From Eubacteriales bacterium (GTDB taxonomy: Bacteria; Bacillota; Clostridia; Oscillospirales; CAG-272): a DNA stretch of 34,761 nucleotides. The notes under the pieces are model-generated. The model made no database searches. It was not told the DNA's origin and saw nothing but the letters and a program-made list of their open reading frames with translations. Location of the stretch: positions 1-34,761 of the forward strand of contig JAZTXA010000094.1 of assembly GCA_045636245.1 (NCBI GenBank), read 5' to 3'. This document shows, piece by piece, positions 1 to 8,762 of this stretch. Positions within the stretch are counted from its first letter, which is position 1. The number at the start of each line of letters is the position of its first letter. Position numbers and translations under genes: made by a program.

Positions 1-29
1 ATTTTTTTATCAAATATTACAAATAACCG

Positions 30-1148
30 TTAAAACGGGTTGCAGCATCCTGCCGGATTGGCATCGGAGTATTCTGCCTTGAGCTCGTCAAGCGTACCCG
101 TGAAGATGATCTTGTTTTCTTCCTTTATGCCTTTGCCGTTGCCGCAGTCGGCTTTGTGTACCTTGTGATTATTCTTGTTCACAATATACTCTGTGGGAAC
201 TGTGGGGTCGATCGTGGGAGGACCGTTAGGGTCTGCGTGGTTATCTCCCGTTTTATAATCAATGATAACGCCCGGCTGAACATTATAGGAATATACGTTG
301 AAGCAAATGCCGTCGCCCTCATCCTCTACTGACCAGCCTTCGATAAGCACGCCGCTTGCAAGCAGGTTGTTTCCGTCAAAGATAGGTGTTACACGGTACA
401 TAACGTGGTTGCCTGTTTCCTCTACGTAGTCACCGACCATTTCTTCAAACGGGATCATACCCTGAACGTTCAGATATCTTGTACCTGTGATAAGATTTTG
501 CTTGTTGTTATTTTCGCCCGTCAACTGCCATGCGATAAGGTGGCAACGGTTGTAAAGGTTCTGACTTTCAACAAAGCTGTACTGGTTCTGCTTCCAGCCT
601 GTAGGCTTGTGCGATATATTTCCTCTGTTACCTGTCGGCATTATTTCACGTCCGACACAAGCGAAGGTATATCCGCATCTTCCGAGTGAATCAAGTGTAC
701 TGTAATACTCAAAGGCAACTGTTGTCTTTTCGTCTTCTGTAAAGAACGGCTCGTTACCGTTTACCGCAACGTATGCCTTGCCCGAATATTCGGGAACATT
801 GAGTACAGGCTTGTATTCGGCAGACGGTGTGATCGGTCTGTCATAGGGATTGTTCTGTATGGGTGCGTCTGTTTCGGGTGCATCAGTCTGCGCTGTCGTA
901 CCCTGAGGCTTCTGTGTTTCCTGCGGTTCTTGTGTTTCCTGGGGTTCCTGTGTTTCCTGAGGTTCCTGTGTTTCTTGAGGTTCCACGGTTTGCTCTGTCG
1001 GTTTATTTGTTTCACTGTCTGTCACGCCTGCGGTTATATCCGAGCTTGTTACCGAATCACTTGTGTCTGTGGTAACCTCGTCACATGCTGCGAAAAGCAT
1101 GCACAAGACCGCAAGCAAAGCAATAATTCTTAATTTTATGTGTTTCAT
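30..1148 (-). CDS. Lipoprotein DNA/RNA non-specific endonuclease (DNA-entry nuclease/Endonuclease_NS-type) with C-terminal Ada-like metal-binding tail
   Basis: Signal peptide with lipobox (LFAAC), low-complexity linker, then LDSLGRCG and YNRCHLIAWQL...NLITGTRYLN catalytic motifs and HVMYRVTPIF. Start moved to ATG 1148, which forms an ATGA overlap with the upstream stop (1145-1147). Confidence 0.9.
   Translation of the reverse strand: MKHIKLRIIALLAVLCMLFAACDEVTTDTSDSVTSSDITAGVTDSETNKPTEQTVEPQETQEPQETQEPQETQEPQETQKPQGTTAQTDAPETDAPIQNNPYDRPITPSAEYKPVLNVPEYSGKAYVAVNGNEPFFTEDEKTTVAFEYYSTLDSLGRCGYTFACVGREIMPTGNRGNISHKPTGWKQNQYSFVESQNLYNRCHLIAWQLTGENNNKQNLITGTRYLNVQGMIPFEEMVGDYVEETGNHVMYRVTPIFDGNNLLASGVLIEGWSVEDEGDGICFNVYSYNVQPGVIIDYKTGDNHADPNGPPTIDPTVPTEYIVNKNNHKVHKADCGNGKGIKEENKIIFTGTLDELKAEYSDANPAGCCNPF
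903..983 (-). repeat. 18-bp coding tandem repeat (about 4.5 copies) encoding EPQETQ linker
   Basis: Units such as ctgaggttcctgtgtttc and ctggggttcctgtgtttc repeat with synonymous variation; protein reads EPQETQ EPQETQ EPQETQ EPQETQ KPQ. Confidence 0.9.
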
Positions 1149-1549
1149 CTTTTCCATACTTCCTTTGTTATTTTGTCGTGCGATGTACCCTCAAAGTCTG
1201 TTGAGCTTTCCATTTTAAAGCCGTTTTTGGAAAGAGAAATGTTAAAGGACACATCCTGCGGATAAAGCTTATTCCAACGGTAAATTACAAAGCCCTCGGC
1301 TTTATCGACCGCTTCTTGAGTTATTTCACACTCAGCAAAGCAAAAATCCCCCTCGTTTTCGGAAAAAGGAAAAACTTCGCCTACTGTAATATTGTCATAG
1401 TCTTGGAAAAGCTTTTTTGAATATTCGCTCATATACAGCTTTTCTCCCGCCATATCCACAATATCTTTAACTATGACGCTGTCGCGGCTCTGGCGTCTGT
1501 TGTTGAAAAGAATACCGCCTGTTGTATCAAGGCATACAATAATATACAT
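1145..1549 (-). CDS. Conserved hypothetical protein with remote DHFR-like fold
   Basis: ATG at 1549 with GGAGGTG RBS; 134 aa. The N-terminus YIIVCLDTTGGILFNNRRQSRD and C-terminus VIYRWNKLYPQDVSF resemble DHFR strands. The longer 1786 start overlaps the divergent gene and is rejected. Confidence 0.65.
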   Translation of the reverse strand: MYIIVCLDTTGGILFNNRRQSRDSVIVKDIVDMAGEKLYMSEYSKKLFQDYDNITVGEVFPFSENEGDFCFAECEITQEAVDKAEGFVIYRWNKLYPQDVSFNISLSKNGFKMESSTDFEGTSHDKITKEVWKR

Positions 1550-1580
1550 ACTGCACCTCCGTTTTGTATTTACGGCTATA

Positions 1581-1609
1581 ATTATAAAGCATATGTCCCG
1601 ATTTGTCAA
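1581..1609 (-). promoter_or_regulatory. sigmaA promoter for the DHFR-like/nuclease operon
   Basis: Perfect TTGACA (1609-1604), 17-bp spacer, TATAAT (1586-1581) on the minus strand. Confidence 0.85.
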
Positions 1610-1652
1610 TATACAAAGAATTAACAATAATAGATAAAGGATTGAAAATAAA

Positions 1653-2195
1653 ATGATGTATGAAGAACTGTTTACGGCTCCACTGATGTCGGCGGCTTTT
1701 ACGGGGTATAGAATATCAAAGCTGCCGTTCACACCGACAGAAGAAAACATCGGAAAACTGAAAGAAAAGATTAAAAGCACCGTCAAAGCGCTGTACTGTG
1801 AGGGCTTCCGATTTTTTTACAGCGGAATGTGTGACGGTGTCGATATCTGGGCGGCAGAAGCCGTACTTGAAGTGAAAGAGGAATTTTCCGACATATCCCT
1901 TATATGCGCTGTGCCGTTTGAGGGGCATGCCGACAGACTTCGAGGTTATGAGCTTGAGGAATATAACCGAATACTGTCGAAAGCGTACCGTGTCGATATT
2001 TTGAAGGGGCGCATAACATATAGAGAGATTGCGCGGGCATTCAATGAAAGAAACAAATATATGGTCGATAATTCCGATGCGCTTATCGCCGTGTGCAACG
2101 GCGATAATATGACCCCCGGCGGTACGGCAAATACCGTAAAAATGGCAAAGAAAAAAGGGATAGAAATAATATTTATTGATCCCGAAGCGATATAA
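1653..2195 (+). CDS. SLOG superfamily YspA-like (DUF1273-type) protein
   Basis: AFTGYR, FYSGMCDGVDIWAAE, LICAVPF, RNKYMVDNSD and GGTANTVKMA motifs. Confidence 0.85.
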   Translation: MMYEELFTAPLMSAAFTGYRISKLPFTPTEENIGKLKEKIKSTVKALYCEGFRFFYSGMCDGVDIWAAEAVLEVKEEFSDISLICAVPFEGHADRLRGYELEEYNRILSKAYRVDILKGRITYREIARAFNERNKYMVDNSDALIAVCNGDNMTPGGTANTVKMAKKKGIEIIFIDPEAI

Positions 2196-2239
2196 CGCAA
2201 TATACGCCGTGCAATATGAAATGAACAAAAGCGGGTATA

Positions 2240-2370
2240 TTTTTTCAGGGGGCGTCACGTTTCGCATATGCGAAACCGACGGTGCGCACAGTATCGTGTG
2301 ACTTTTAAAATAATACGGTGAAGGCGCCCGCGTCAAATTCGCGAAGCGAATTGTGACGCCCCCGAAAAAA
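2240..2370. repeat. 131-bp element closed by terminal inverted repeats, with multibranch hairpins
   Basis: T6-C-(A)-GGGGGCGTCAC (2240-2258) pairs with GTGACGCCCCC-G-A6 (2353-2370). Internal perfect palindrome GTTTCGCATATGCGAAAC (2259-2276) and hairpin AATTCGC-GAA-GCGAATT (2336-2352). Confidence 0.75.
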
Positions 2371-2520
2371 CGAACTGCAATGGGCTCATACGGCATACAA
2401 ATCTCGGGTGCTGTATTGCCAATCCCGCCGATTTTTAATACACGTCCTATATTGTAACAAAATATATCATTTTTCTTTTAAAATAATTTAATTAAAAAGT
2501 CATTTTAAAAAATCGTTATG

Positions 2521-2529
2521 TGATATAAT
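2521..2529 (+). promoter_or_regulatory. Extended -10 promoter (TGnTATAAT) for the dockerin/cohesin operon
   Basis: TGATATAAT about 40 bp upstream of ATG 2570; AGGAGG RBS follows. Confidence 0.55.
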
Positions 2530-2569
2530 CTAACAGCATTTATATATTATTTTAGGAGGGGGATAAAAA

Positions 2570-3961
2570 ATGAAAAAAACACGGTTTTTGTGCTTTTGTC
2601 TTGCATTTTTGGCATGCATTATGGCATATCCCGTATCGGCATCCGATTCCCCCGCGTACAAACAGCTTTTGGCTGAAAACCCCGTTTATATCAAAAATGT
2701 AACACTTGATGAGCTGTACGGTTTTTACGAAAATGCATCTGTTGATGAAATATTTGACCCCGCGGAAAACAATTTCACAATGGGCGATGTGACAGTCGGC
2801 GGTGTCCCCGTTGAATGTTACGTATATATGCGTACTTTTTCGATAACGGATATTTCAAATTATACTATTGACGAAGCAAAAGCTTTGGCGGACGAAATGT
2901 TTTCTTCCATCAAATCATCACTTTCTTCAAAATATGTCAAATGCATCGCACGCTCTTACAGCATCAATATTTCCGGTGTGCCGGATAAGCTGAACAACGT
3001 ATATAAATCGTTCACCGTGAAGTTTCTTATCGCAACAGGCGAAAGTAACGAAGAAAGGGCAGAGGTCATTACAGACTTTGTGCGCCCGACGCTTGCACAG
3101 TGGGAGGGCTTTTCCGAGGGTGACAAATTCAAAAAGCTTAATGCGTTTATCTTAAACGGACAGTTTTCTTACGATATGACGTTTTTCAACCGTTCAAGCG
3201 TGTATTCCTTTATAACCGATAAAAAGGGCGTTTGTGAGGAATATGCAGGGCTGACAGCACTGTTTCTTGATGAAATGGGGTACAAGAACCGCATTATCAC
3301 GGGCGTATCGGGAGATCTTATGCACGTATGGAACATCGTTTATATAAACGGCCGTCCGTATCATCTTGACATTTTGCACAACGGTCCGATTAATGAAAAC
3401 GGTGAACATGTTAAAACAACAAGGGATTACCTGTTGGTTTCGACCGAGGCTGTCATGAATAACAGAGTGCCGGATGAAAAGCACAGTGAGATATGCAATG
3501 TGGCTGTGTATGACTATATTTTTGAGGGTGCACCGACTCATATACCGAGCGAGTTTTTCAAAGTGGAAAACGGAATGATGTCGCGTATTCCGCTTTTTTC
3601 AAGTGTTTCGTATATAAAAACACAGCTCTCGCTTGATGGTGAGTTTTTCAAATTTATCGGAACAGACGGAAACGAAATGAAGGACGAAGATACTGTCGGC
3701 TCCGGCTGCAGGCTTGTGCTTGCGGTAAACGGCGGCGTTGTTCAGTCGCTTACCTTGTGTATTGACGGCGATGTTGACGGTGACGGAATCATTACCGACA
3801 GCGATATTGCACTTATTAAAGATGTGATTTTGAGGAAAAACACGGAAACTGTGTCACGTTTTTCGCCGTTTTGCGATATAAACGAGGACGGCGCTGTGAC
3901 TGTAAGCGACTTTCTTTGCTTTTCAAGACTTAAAGATTCAATAACAACTTATCACGGATAA
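2570..3961 (+). CDS. Secreted transglutaminase-like (Cys-His-Asp) protein with C-terminal dockerin
   Basis: Signal peptide (..PVSA). GVCEEYA...HVWNIV...YHLD triad. Duplicated dockerin repeats GDVDGDGIITDSDIALIK and DINEDGAVTVSDFL. Confidence 0.85.
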   Translation: MKKTRFLCFCLAFLACIMAYPVSASDSPAYKQLLAENPVYIKNVTLDELYGFYENASVDEIFDPAENNFTMGDVTVGGVPVECYVYMRTFSITDISNYTIDEAKALADEMFSSIKSSLSSKYVKCIARSYSINISGVPDKLNNVYKSFTVKFLIATGESNEERAEVITDFVRPTLAQWEGFSEGDKFKKLNAFILNGQFSYDMTFFNRSSVYSFITDKKGVCEEYAGLTALFLDEMGYKNRIITGVSGDLMHVWNIVYINGRPYHLDILHNGPINENGEHVKTTRDYLLVSTEAVMNNRVPDEKHSEICNVAVYDYIFEGAPTHIPSEFFKVENGMMSRIPLFSSVSYIKTQLSLDGEFFKFIGTDGNEMKDEDTVGSGCRLVLAVNGGVVQSLTLCIDGDVDGDGIITDSDIALIKDVILRKNTETVSRFSPFCDINEDGAVTVSDFLCFSRLKDSITTYHG

Positions 3962-3964
3962 ACG

Positions 3965-4897
3965 ATGAAAAGGATATTAATTTTATTTGCGGTGATTTCC
4001 GCACTTATTTTAAACACTTATGCGCACAGCGCATTTTTTACCCTGTCCGGGGAAAGTGTAACGGCAAATTCCGTTTTCAAGGTCCGCATCTCTGCACGTA
4101 TTTCCGAAGCGGAAGTGATGCCGGATACCGAAACGGATGTAGTCCTCCCCGATGTTACAGGTGACACGGAACAGCTTCCCGAGATATCTGATACGCAGGA
4201 AGAAACGCTGTTTGATGAAACGGTATATGCTGAAATTCCTGAGTTTTACACAGATCAAACAGAATTACTCACCGAAACGGCGGAAGATACCGATATTGAC
4301 ACCGATACAGGTGCTCACACGGGTGTGCTCGGCGGTGAGGGTACGCTCGTTTTCGATAAAGCAAAGCTTAAGATAGTTTCAGTAACTGCGTGCGCACCCG
4401 AAGGTATAACGGTCGAACACGGAAATGCGGACGGCTTTTACAGATTTATGTTTTATTCCGATGAGGAAATAGAGTCAGATATTCCGCTTATGGATATAGA
4501 ATTTCAGATACTTACAGGTGAAGGGACTGTGTCGGTTATCATTTCCGAGGGGCTTTTTTCCGATGGCAACTATGACACTCCTTCCGAAAATGTATCTTTC
4601 ACAGTTATTTACGGCACAGCTGAAACAAATACGCCGTCAACCCACGACCCGCAGGATTCAACGGTGTTCCCTGTGACATCCGTCATATCCGAATTTTCGC
4701 CCGATACTGAGGGAAAAGACGGTGATACGCACAAAAACACCGATACACCGACGCTTGACCGTTTATCAACATCATCCGATCCCACCGATGTTACCGATGA
4801 AAGATCGGTCTTGCCCGTTATAATCGCTGTTACAGCCGCGGCTGTTGCTGCTGTCGGTGCAGCGGTCATACTGATAACCAAGAAAGTGAAAAAATAA
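3965..4897 (+). CDS. Membrane-anchored cohesin-like protein
   Basis: Signal peptide; cohesin-like beta-strand pattern (FKVRISA / GVLGGEGTLVFDKAKLKIVSV / YRFMFYS / LMDIEFQIL / SEGLFSDG); S/T/D/P-rich stalk; C-terminal hydrophobic helix plus KKVKK. Starts 3 bp after the dockerin gene. Confidence 0.65.
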   Translation: MKRILILFAVISALILNTYAHSAFFTLSGESVTANSVFKVRISARISEAEVMPDTETDVVLPDVTGDTEQLPEISDTQEETLFDETVYAEIPEFYTDQTELLTETAEDTDIDTDTGAHTGVLGGEGTLVFDKAKLKIVSVTACAPEGITVEHGNADGFYRFMFYSDEEIESDIPLMDIEFQILTGEGTVSVIISEGLFSDGNYDTPSENVSFTVIYGTAETNTPSTHDPQDSTVFPVTSVISEFSPDTEGKDGDTHKNTDTPTLDRLSTSSDPTDVTDERSVLPVIIAVTAAAVAAVGAAVILITKKVKK

Positions 4898-4913
4898 TTT
4901 ATAACATCTTAAA

Positions 4914-4946
4914 AAGGACTTGTACCGATTTATCGGACAAGTCCTT
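4914..4946. terminator. Probable bidirectional intrinsic terminator
   Basis: AAGGACTTGT(A)CCGA-TTTA-TCGGACAAGTCCTT hairpin flanked by A and T tracts between convergent genes. Confidence 0.75.
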
Positions 4947-4960
4947 GAATTTTTTATATA

Positions 4961-6184
4961 TTATGCTGCGGATCTTACGTCGGATACACCGTCTTTGAGT
5001 ATGTCGATGATATATTCAAGACAGCGCCTTGATGCAAAGTCATTATCTGTGCCTGCTGTTCCGCCGTGTGTTGCGTTCTGCAGGCAGTAGCGTGTAGTGT
5101 CAAGTTCAAACACAGCGCCGAGGATAGATGCCGAATCAAGCGTTACGGTACCGTCGCCGAGTGTTGTTTTGAATTTGTCGGCGGTAAGCCTTACGCCCTT
5201 GCCGCTGTAATAGATGCTCGAAAGCGTTTTCTGCTCTGTACCGATAACGAAATATCCATTGTCATAGTCAAGTAACTGACTGTATACATTGTTATAAAGA
5301 TCGTTCTGGACAGCTGCAGCAGCCTCGTATTTTGCCCCGAAAAGCTCCTTACAAAGCGCTTTGTATTCGGTAAGACTTGTGGGCTTATACATAAATGAGG
5401 GTTTAATGAATGCTGAAAGACCCTTGTATTTCATCATGGGAGTCTTTTCTGCGCTTTGCGTGAAGGGAAGAAGCTCAGCACAGGCAATAAGTGATGTGCG
5501 AAGCTCTTTGTCAAGACCGAGAGGCCCTGAAACAAAGTAATCGGCAACTTTAAGTATCATGCCTTCAATTCCGTCTGCAACAGCATCGTTTGTCAAAAGA
5601 TCCTTACCGAATGAAGCATTCAGCATGGAAGTGGAACCCATATAAGGTGTACCGCAGGAGATCATCTTGTTTACGCTTTCAAATCCGTACTTACCGACGT
5701 AATTTGCAACGACAAGACCTCCCATACTGTGGGAAACGAAATCAACCTTGCCGAAGCCCGATTCTTCAATGAAAGCGTTGAGTTTTTCGGCTGCGTCAAC
5801 CGTGCTCTTTCTGAAATCGTATGAGAAGAAATAAATTTCTCTGTCGGGAAACTGCTCACAAAGTGCATCTATTGTCGTTTTGTACGAGTCAAATGTGCCG
5901 TATTCCTTCCTTGCGCCCTTGGCATTCATGTTGACGGGCGGTATAACGTGAAGATCTCCGTTTTTAACTATTGAAGCAAATGTCGATATGAAAAACACGG
6001 AGGGCTCCCAAACACGTGTGAAATCGTTGAATACTTTATCGGATGTGAAAAGTCTGCTTCCCATGATACCCGGAACAAAAATTATTGGGCAGTCATCCTC
6101 TGATGCAAATGCGGAAAAGGGGATGATCGCCAAAAGCATGATAACTGCAAGAAATGCGGATGTAAATCTGAGAGCTTTTTTCAT
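4961..6184 (-). CDS. Secreted alpha/beta hydrolase, LCAT/lipase-like
   Basis: Signal peptide (..SAFA); PIIFVPGIMGS, FSYDFR, SHSMGG nucleophile elbow, GTPYMGS, GDGTV and a late His (ATHG). Confidence 0.85.
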   Translation of the reverse strand: MKKALRFTSAFLAVIMLLAIIPFSAFASEDDCPIIFVPGIMGSRLFTSDKVFNDFTRVWEPSVFFISTFASIVKNGDLHVIPPVNMNAKGARKEYGTFDSYKTTIDALCEQFPDREIYFFSYDFRKSTVDAAEKLNAFIEESGFGKVDFVSHSMGGLVVANYVGKYGFESVNKMISCGTPYMGSTSMLNASFGKDLLTNDAVADGIEGMILKVADYFVSGPLGLDKELRTSLIACAELLPFTQSAEKTPMMKYKGLSAFIKPSFMYKPTSLTEYKALCKELFGAKYEAAAAVQNDLYNNVYSQLLDYDNGYFVIGTEQKTLSSIYYSGKGVRLTADKFKTTLGDGTVTLDSASILGAVFELDTTRYCLQNATHGGTAGTDNDFASRRCLEYIIDILKDGVSDVRSAA

Positions 6185-6204
6185 AACGATAACTCCTTTT
6201 GAAG

Positions 6205-7020
6205 TTAATTTATTGCGAATTTAGCCTTTATTCCTTCGTTGGAGGCAGTACAGCCGCCTGTAATTCTTATGATATTTTTTTTCAACTCATCGTATGCATC
6301 GTCTGTTTTGATGTCAGCACAGATCTCGGACACCATTTTAACGGATTCTGTACATACGTATTCGTACTGACTTTTCTCATAATGCTTCTCGTTCATTGCT
6401 TGCAATATTTTTTTTGTATCTTTTGCTCTGGGATTTTCAGATGCACATACAAGTGCCGCGCACATTATTTTCAAGTTTCTCGCATTTTCGGGAATATTTC
6501 CCAAAACGTACATTTTTTTCAGAATATCCTCGCTTTGCGCCTTCGTTTCCTTTATCTTATCACAGCAAAAGGTCACGATGTTTGCGCTTTTCATTGAAGC
6601 GACAAACGATTCGGTGCGGTGCTTTGCGTAATAGTCGTCAAGTGCGCTTTTGTATTTTAACATTGCGCGTTTTTCGAGTGTATTTTCTTTTTGCCGTCTG
6701 TATGCCATAACGATAAGCCCTGACGATGCACCGAGCAGCACAAGAATAAGCGACGGGAGCATTGCATCAAACTTGAATTTTTCGCCCAAAAACAGCAAAA
6801 TAGCCGCACAAGCAACGCCGATGATACCGCCAACCAAAGAGTATTTATAGCTTTCTGTACGGTATCTGTGCCCTTTCGGAGTGAAGTCGCACAATCTCGG
6901 TTCAAACTCTTTTGGAACCTTATGATGCAGATTGTCAAGTGCATTCAAAAATTCATCACACAATTTCACGGTCGTTTCAAGCGAAACGATGCCGTCAAAG
7001 AAAGTGTTTGCGTTTTTCAT
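6205..7020 (-). CDS. Hypothetical membrane protein (two TM helices)
   Basis: 271-aa ORF with GGAG RBS and two hydrophobic segments; 20 bp upstream of the hydrolase, probably co-transcribed. Confidence 0.7.
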   Translation of the reverse strand: MKNANTFFDGIVSLETTVKLCDEFLNALDNLHHKVPKEFEPRLCDFTPKGHRYRTESYKYSLVGGIIGVACAAILLFLGEKFKFDAMLPSLILVLLGASSGLIVMAYRRQKENTLEKRAMLKYKSALDDYYAKHRTESFVASMKSANIVTFCCDKIKETKAQSEDILKKMYVLGNIPENARNLKIMCAALVCASENPRAKDTKKILQAMNEKHYEKSQYEYVCTESVKMVSEICADIKTDDAYDELKKNIIRITGGCTASNEGIKAKFAIN

Positions 7021-7061
7021 TTTATCTTTAACTCCAAAATTTCAATAACATAATATAAATA

Positions 7062-7089
7062 ATTATATATTTTTCTGTCGAAATGTCAA
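7062..7089 (-). promoter_or_regulatory. sigmaA promoter
   Basis: TTGACA (7089-7084), 16-bp spacer, TATAAT (7067-7062). Confidence 0.6.
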
Positions 7090-7136
7090 TAGATTATTTC
7101 TAAAAAAATTACTTTAGTATAGAAAATTACACGATA

Positions 7137-8720
7137 TCAAAGGCGTTCCGATGCATATTCGTCATATGTTGTTGCCTTGTCGTAGAAGCTTCCGGGGGTA
7201 AGATCGATTATTCTGTTTGCTATCGTTTGCACAAACTGATGGTCGTGAGAGGTAAACAGAACTGTCTGCGGATATTTTATAAGCCCGTCGTTAAGTGCTG
7301 CGATGGATTCAAGATCAAGGTGGTTCGTCGGCTCGTCAAGTATAAGAACGTTTGCGCCCGACAGCATCATCTTGCAAAGCATACAGCGTACGCGCTCGCC
7401 TCCTGAGAGGACACCGACACTCTTAAGCGCCTCATCTCCCGAGAAAAGCATTCTGCCCAGCCAGCTTCTGACATCTGCTTCATATATAAGATCACTGCAG
7501 TTTCTTATCCAATCAATAAGGTTTTCCGTGTGTCCGTCAAAATATTCGGAGTTGTCAGACGGCATATACGCCTGCGTTGTGGTAACGCCCCACTTGTAAG
7601 TACCTGAATCGGGCTCAAGCTCACCGCAGATTATCTTGAAAAGCGTCGTTATTGACACGGGATCGCCGACAAATGCAACCTTTTCGCACGGACGGAGCGT
7701 GAAGCTTACGTTGTCAAGCACCTTTTTGTCACCGACCGTTGCGGTGATTCCGTCAACCGTGAGCATATCCTTGCCCGCTTCTCTGTCAGGCTTGAATGCA
7801 ACGTACGGGAAACGGCGGGAGGAAACGGGCATTTCGGCAAAATCAAGGGAGTCAAGCAGCTTTTTTCTGCTTGTTGCCTGCTTTGATTTTGAAGCGTTTG
7901 CCGAGAAACGCGCAATAAATTCTTTAAGTTCAGCCGCCTTAAGCTCCGCCTTCTTGTTCTGCTCACGCATCTGTCTTTGGCGTATCTGTGTGTATTCGTA
8001 CCAGAAATCATATCCGCCGACGGTCATTGTTATCTTGCCGAAGTCAACGTCAACTGTGTGCGTGCAGACGTTGTTGAGAAAGTGACGGTCATGCGATACG
8101 ACAATAACAACGCTGTGCAGATCCATGAGAAATTCCTCAAGCCATGCGATGGTCTTGAGATCAAGGTGGTTGGTCGGCTCATCCATCAGAAGTATGTCGG
8201 GATTGCCGAAAAGTGCCTGTGCAAGCAGTATTTTAACCTTTTGGTCACCGTTTAAGTCCTTCATTAAAGCGTAGTGAAGGTCGTTGGGGATGCCGAGGGC
8301 GTTGAGCAGTATCTCCGCATCGCTTTCTGCGGAATATCCGTCAAGCTCCGCATATCTTGTTTCAAGCTCGCAAAGGCGTATGCCGTCCTCATCGGTCATT
8401 TCTTCCTTTGCATAAAGAGCTTCCTTTTCGTCCTCTATCTCGCAAAGCTCGGGATTTCCCTTAAGCACCGTTTTTATAACGGTGTATTCATCAAATGCAA
8501 AGTGATCCTGCTTGAGAATTGAAATTCTTTCTCCCGGGGTAACGGATACCGTGCCGCTTGACGGCTCCACTTCTCCCGATAAAATCTTCAAAAACGTGGA
8601 TTTACCCGCACCGTTTGCACCTATTATGCCGTAGCAGTTGCCCTTCGTGAATACAAGATCGGCACCGGAAAAGAGCACCCTGCCGCCATACTGTAAAGAA
8701 ACATCATTTGTTGATATCAT
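7137..8720 (-). CDS. ABC-F family ATPase (YkpA/YbiT-like)
   Basis: Two ABC domains and no TM helices: GANGAGKST, DEPTNHLD twice, LSGGE; linker ARFSANASKSKQATSRKK. The second Walker A is degenerate. Confidence 0.93.
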   Translation of the reverse strand: MISTNDVSLQYGGRVLFSGADLVFTKGNCYGIIGANGAGKSTFLKILSGEVEPSSGTVSVTPGERISILKQDHFAFDEYTVIKTVLKGNPELCEIEDEKEALYAKEEMTDEDGIRLCELETRYAELDGYSAESDAEILLNALGIPNDLHYALMKDLNGDQKVKILLAQALFGNPDILLMDEPTNHLDLKTIAWLEEFLMDLHSVVIVVSHDRHFLNNVCTHTVDVDFGKITMTVGGYDFWYEYTQIRQRQMREQNKKAELKAAELKEFIARFSANASKSKQATSRKKLLDSLDFAEMPVSSRRFPYVAFKPDREAGKDMLTVDGITATVGDKKVLDNVSFTLRPCEKVAFVGDPVSITTLFKIICGELEPDSGTYKWGVTTTQAYMPSDNSEYFDGHTENLIDWIRNCSDLIYEADVRSWLGRMLFSGDEALKSVGVLSGGERVRCMLCKMMLSGANVLILDEPTNHLDLESIAALNDGLIKYPQTVLFTSHDHQFVQTIANRIIDLTPGSFYDKATTYDEYASERL

Positions 8721-8762
8721 TTTTATTTTTCCAAATCCTTTATTACATTATTACTCCATTAT

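Noticed and set aside
1145-1549. Ribonuclease Z label that similar proteins sometimes carry
   Set aside because: No HxHxDH metallo-beta-lactamase motif and far too short.
2240-2370. tRNA or tmRNA
   Set aside because: Branched, but no T-loop GTTCRA, D-loop or CCA signature, and the arm sizes are wrong.
1716-2396. 226-aa minus-strand ORF
   Set aside because: Antisense shadow of the SLOG gene plus the inverted-repeat element.
7137-8720. Antibiotic-resistance ABC-F
   Set aside because: The linker resembles the housekeeping YkpA/YbiT type and the leader is too short for an attenuator.
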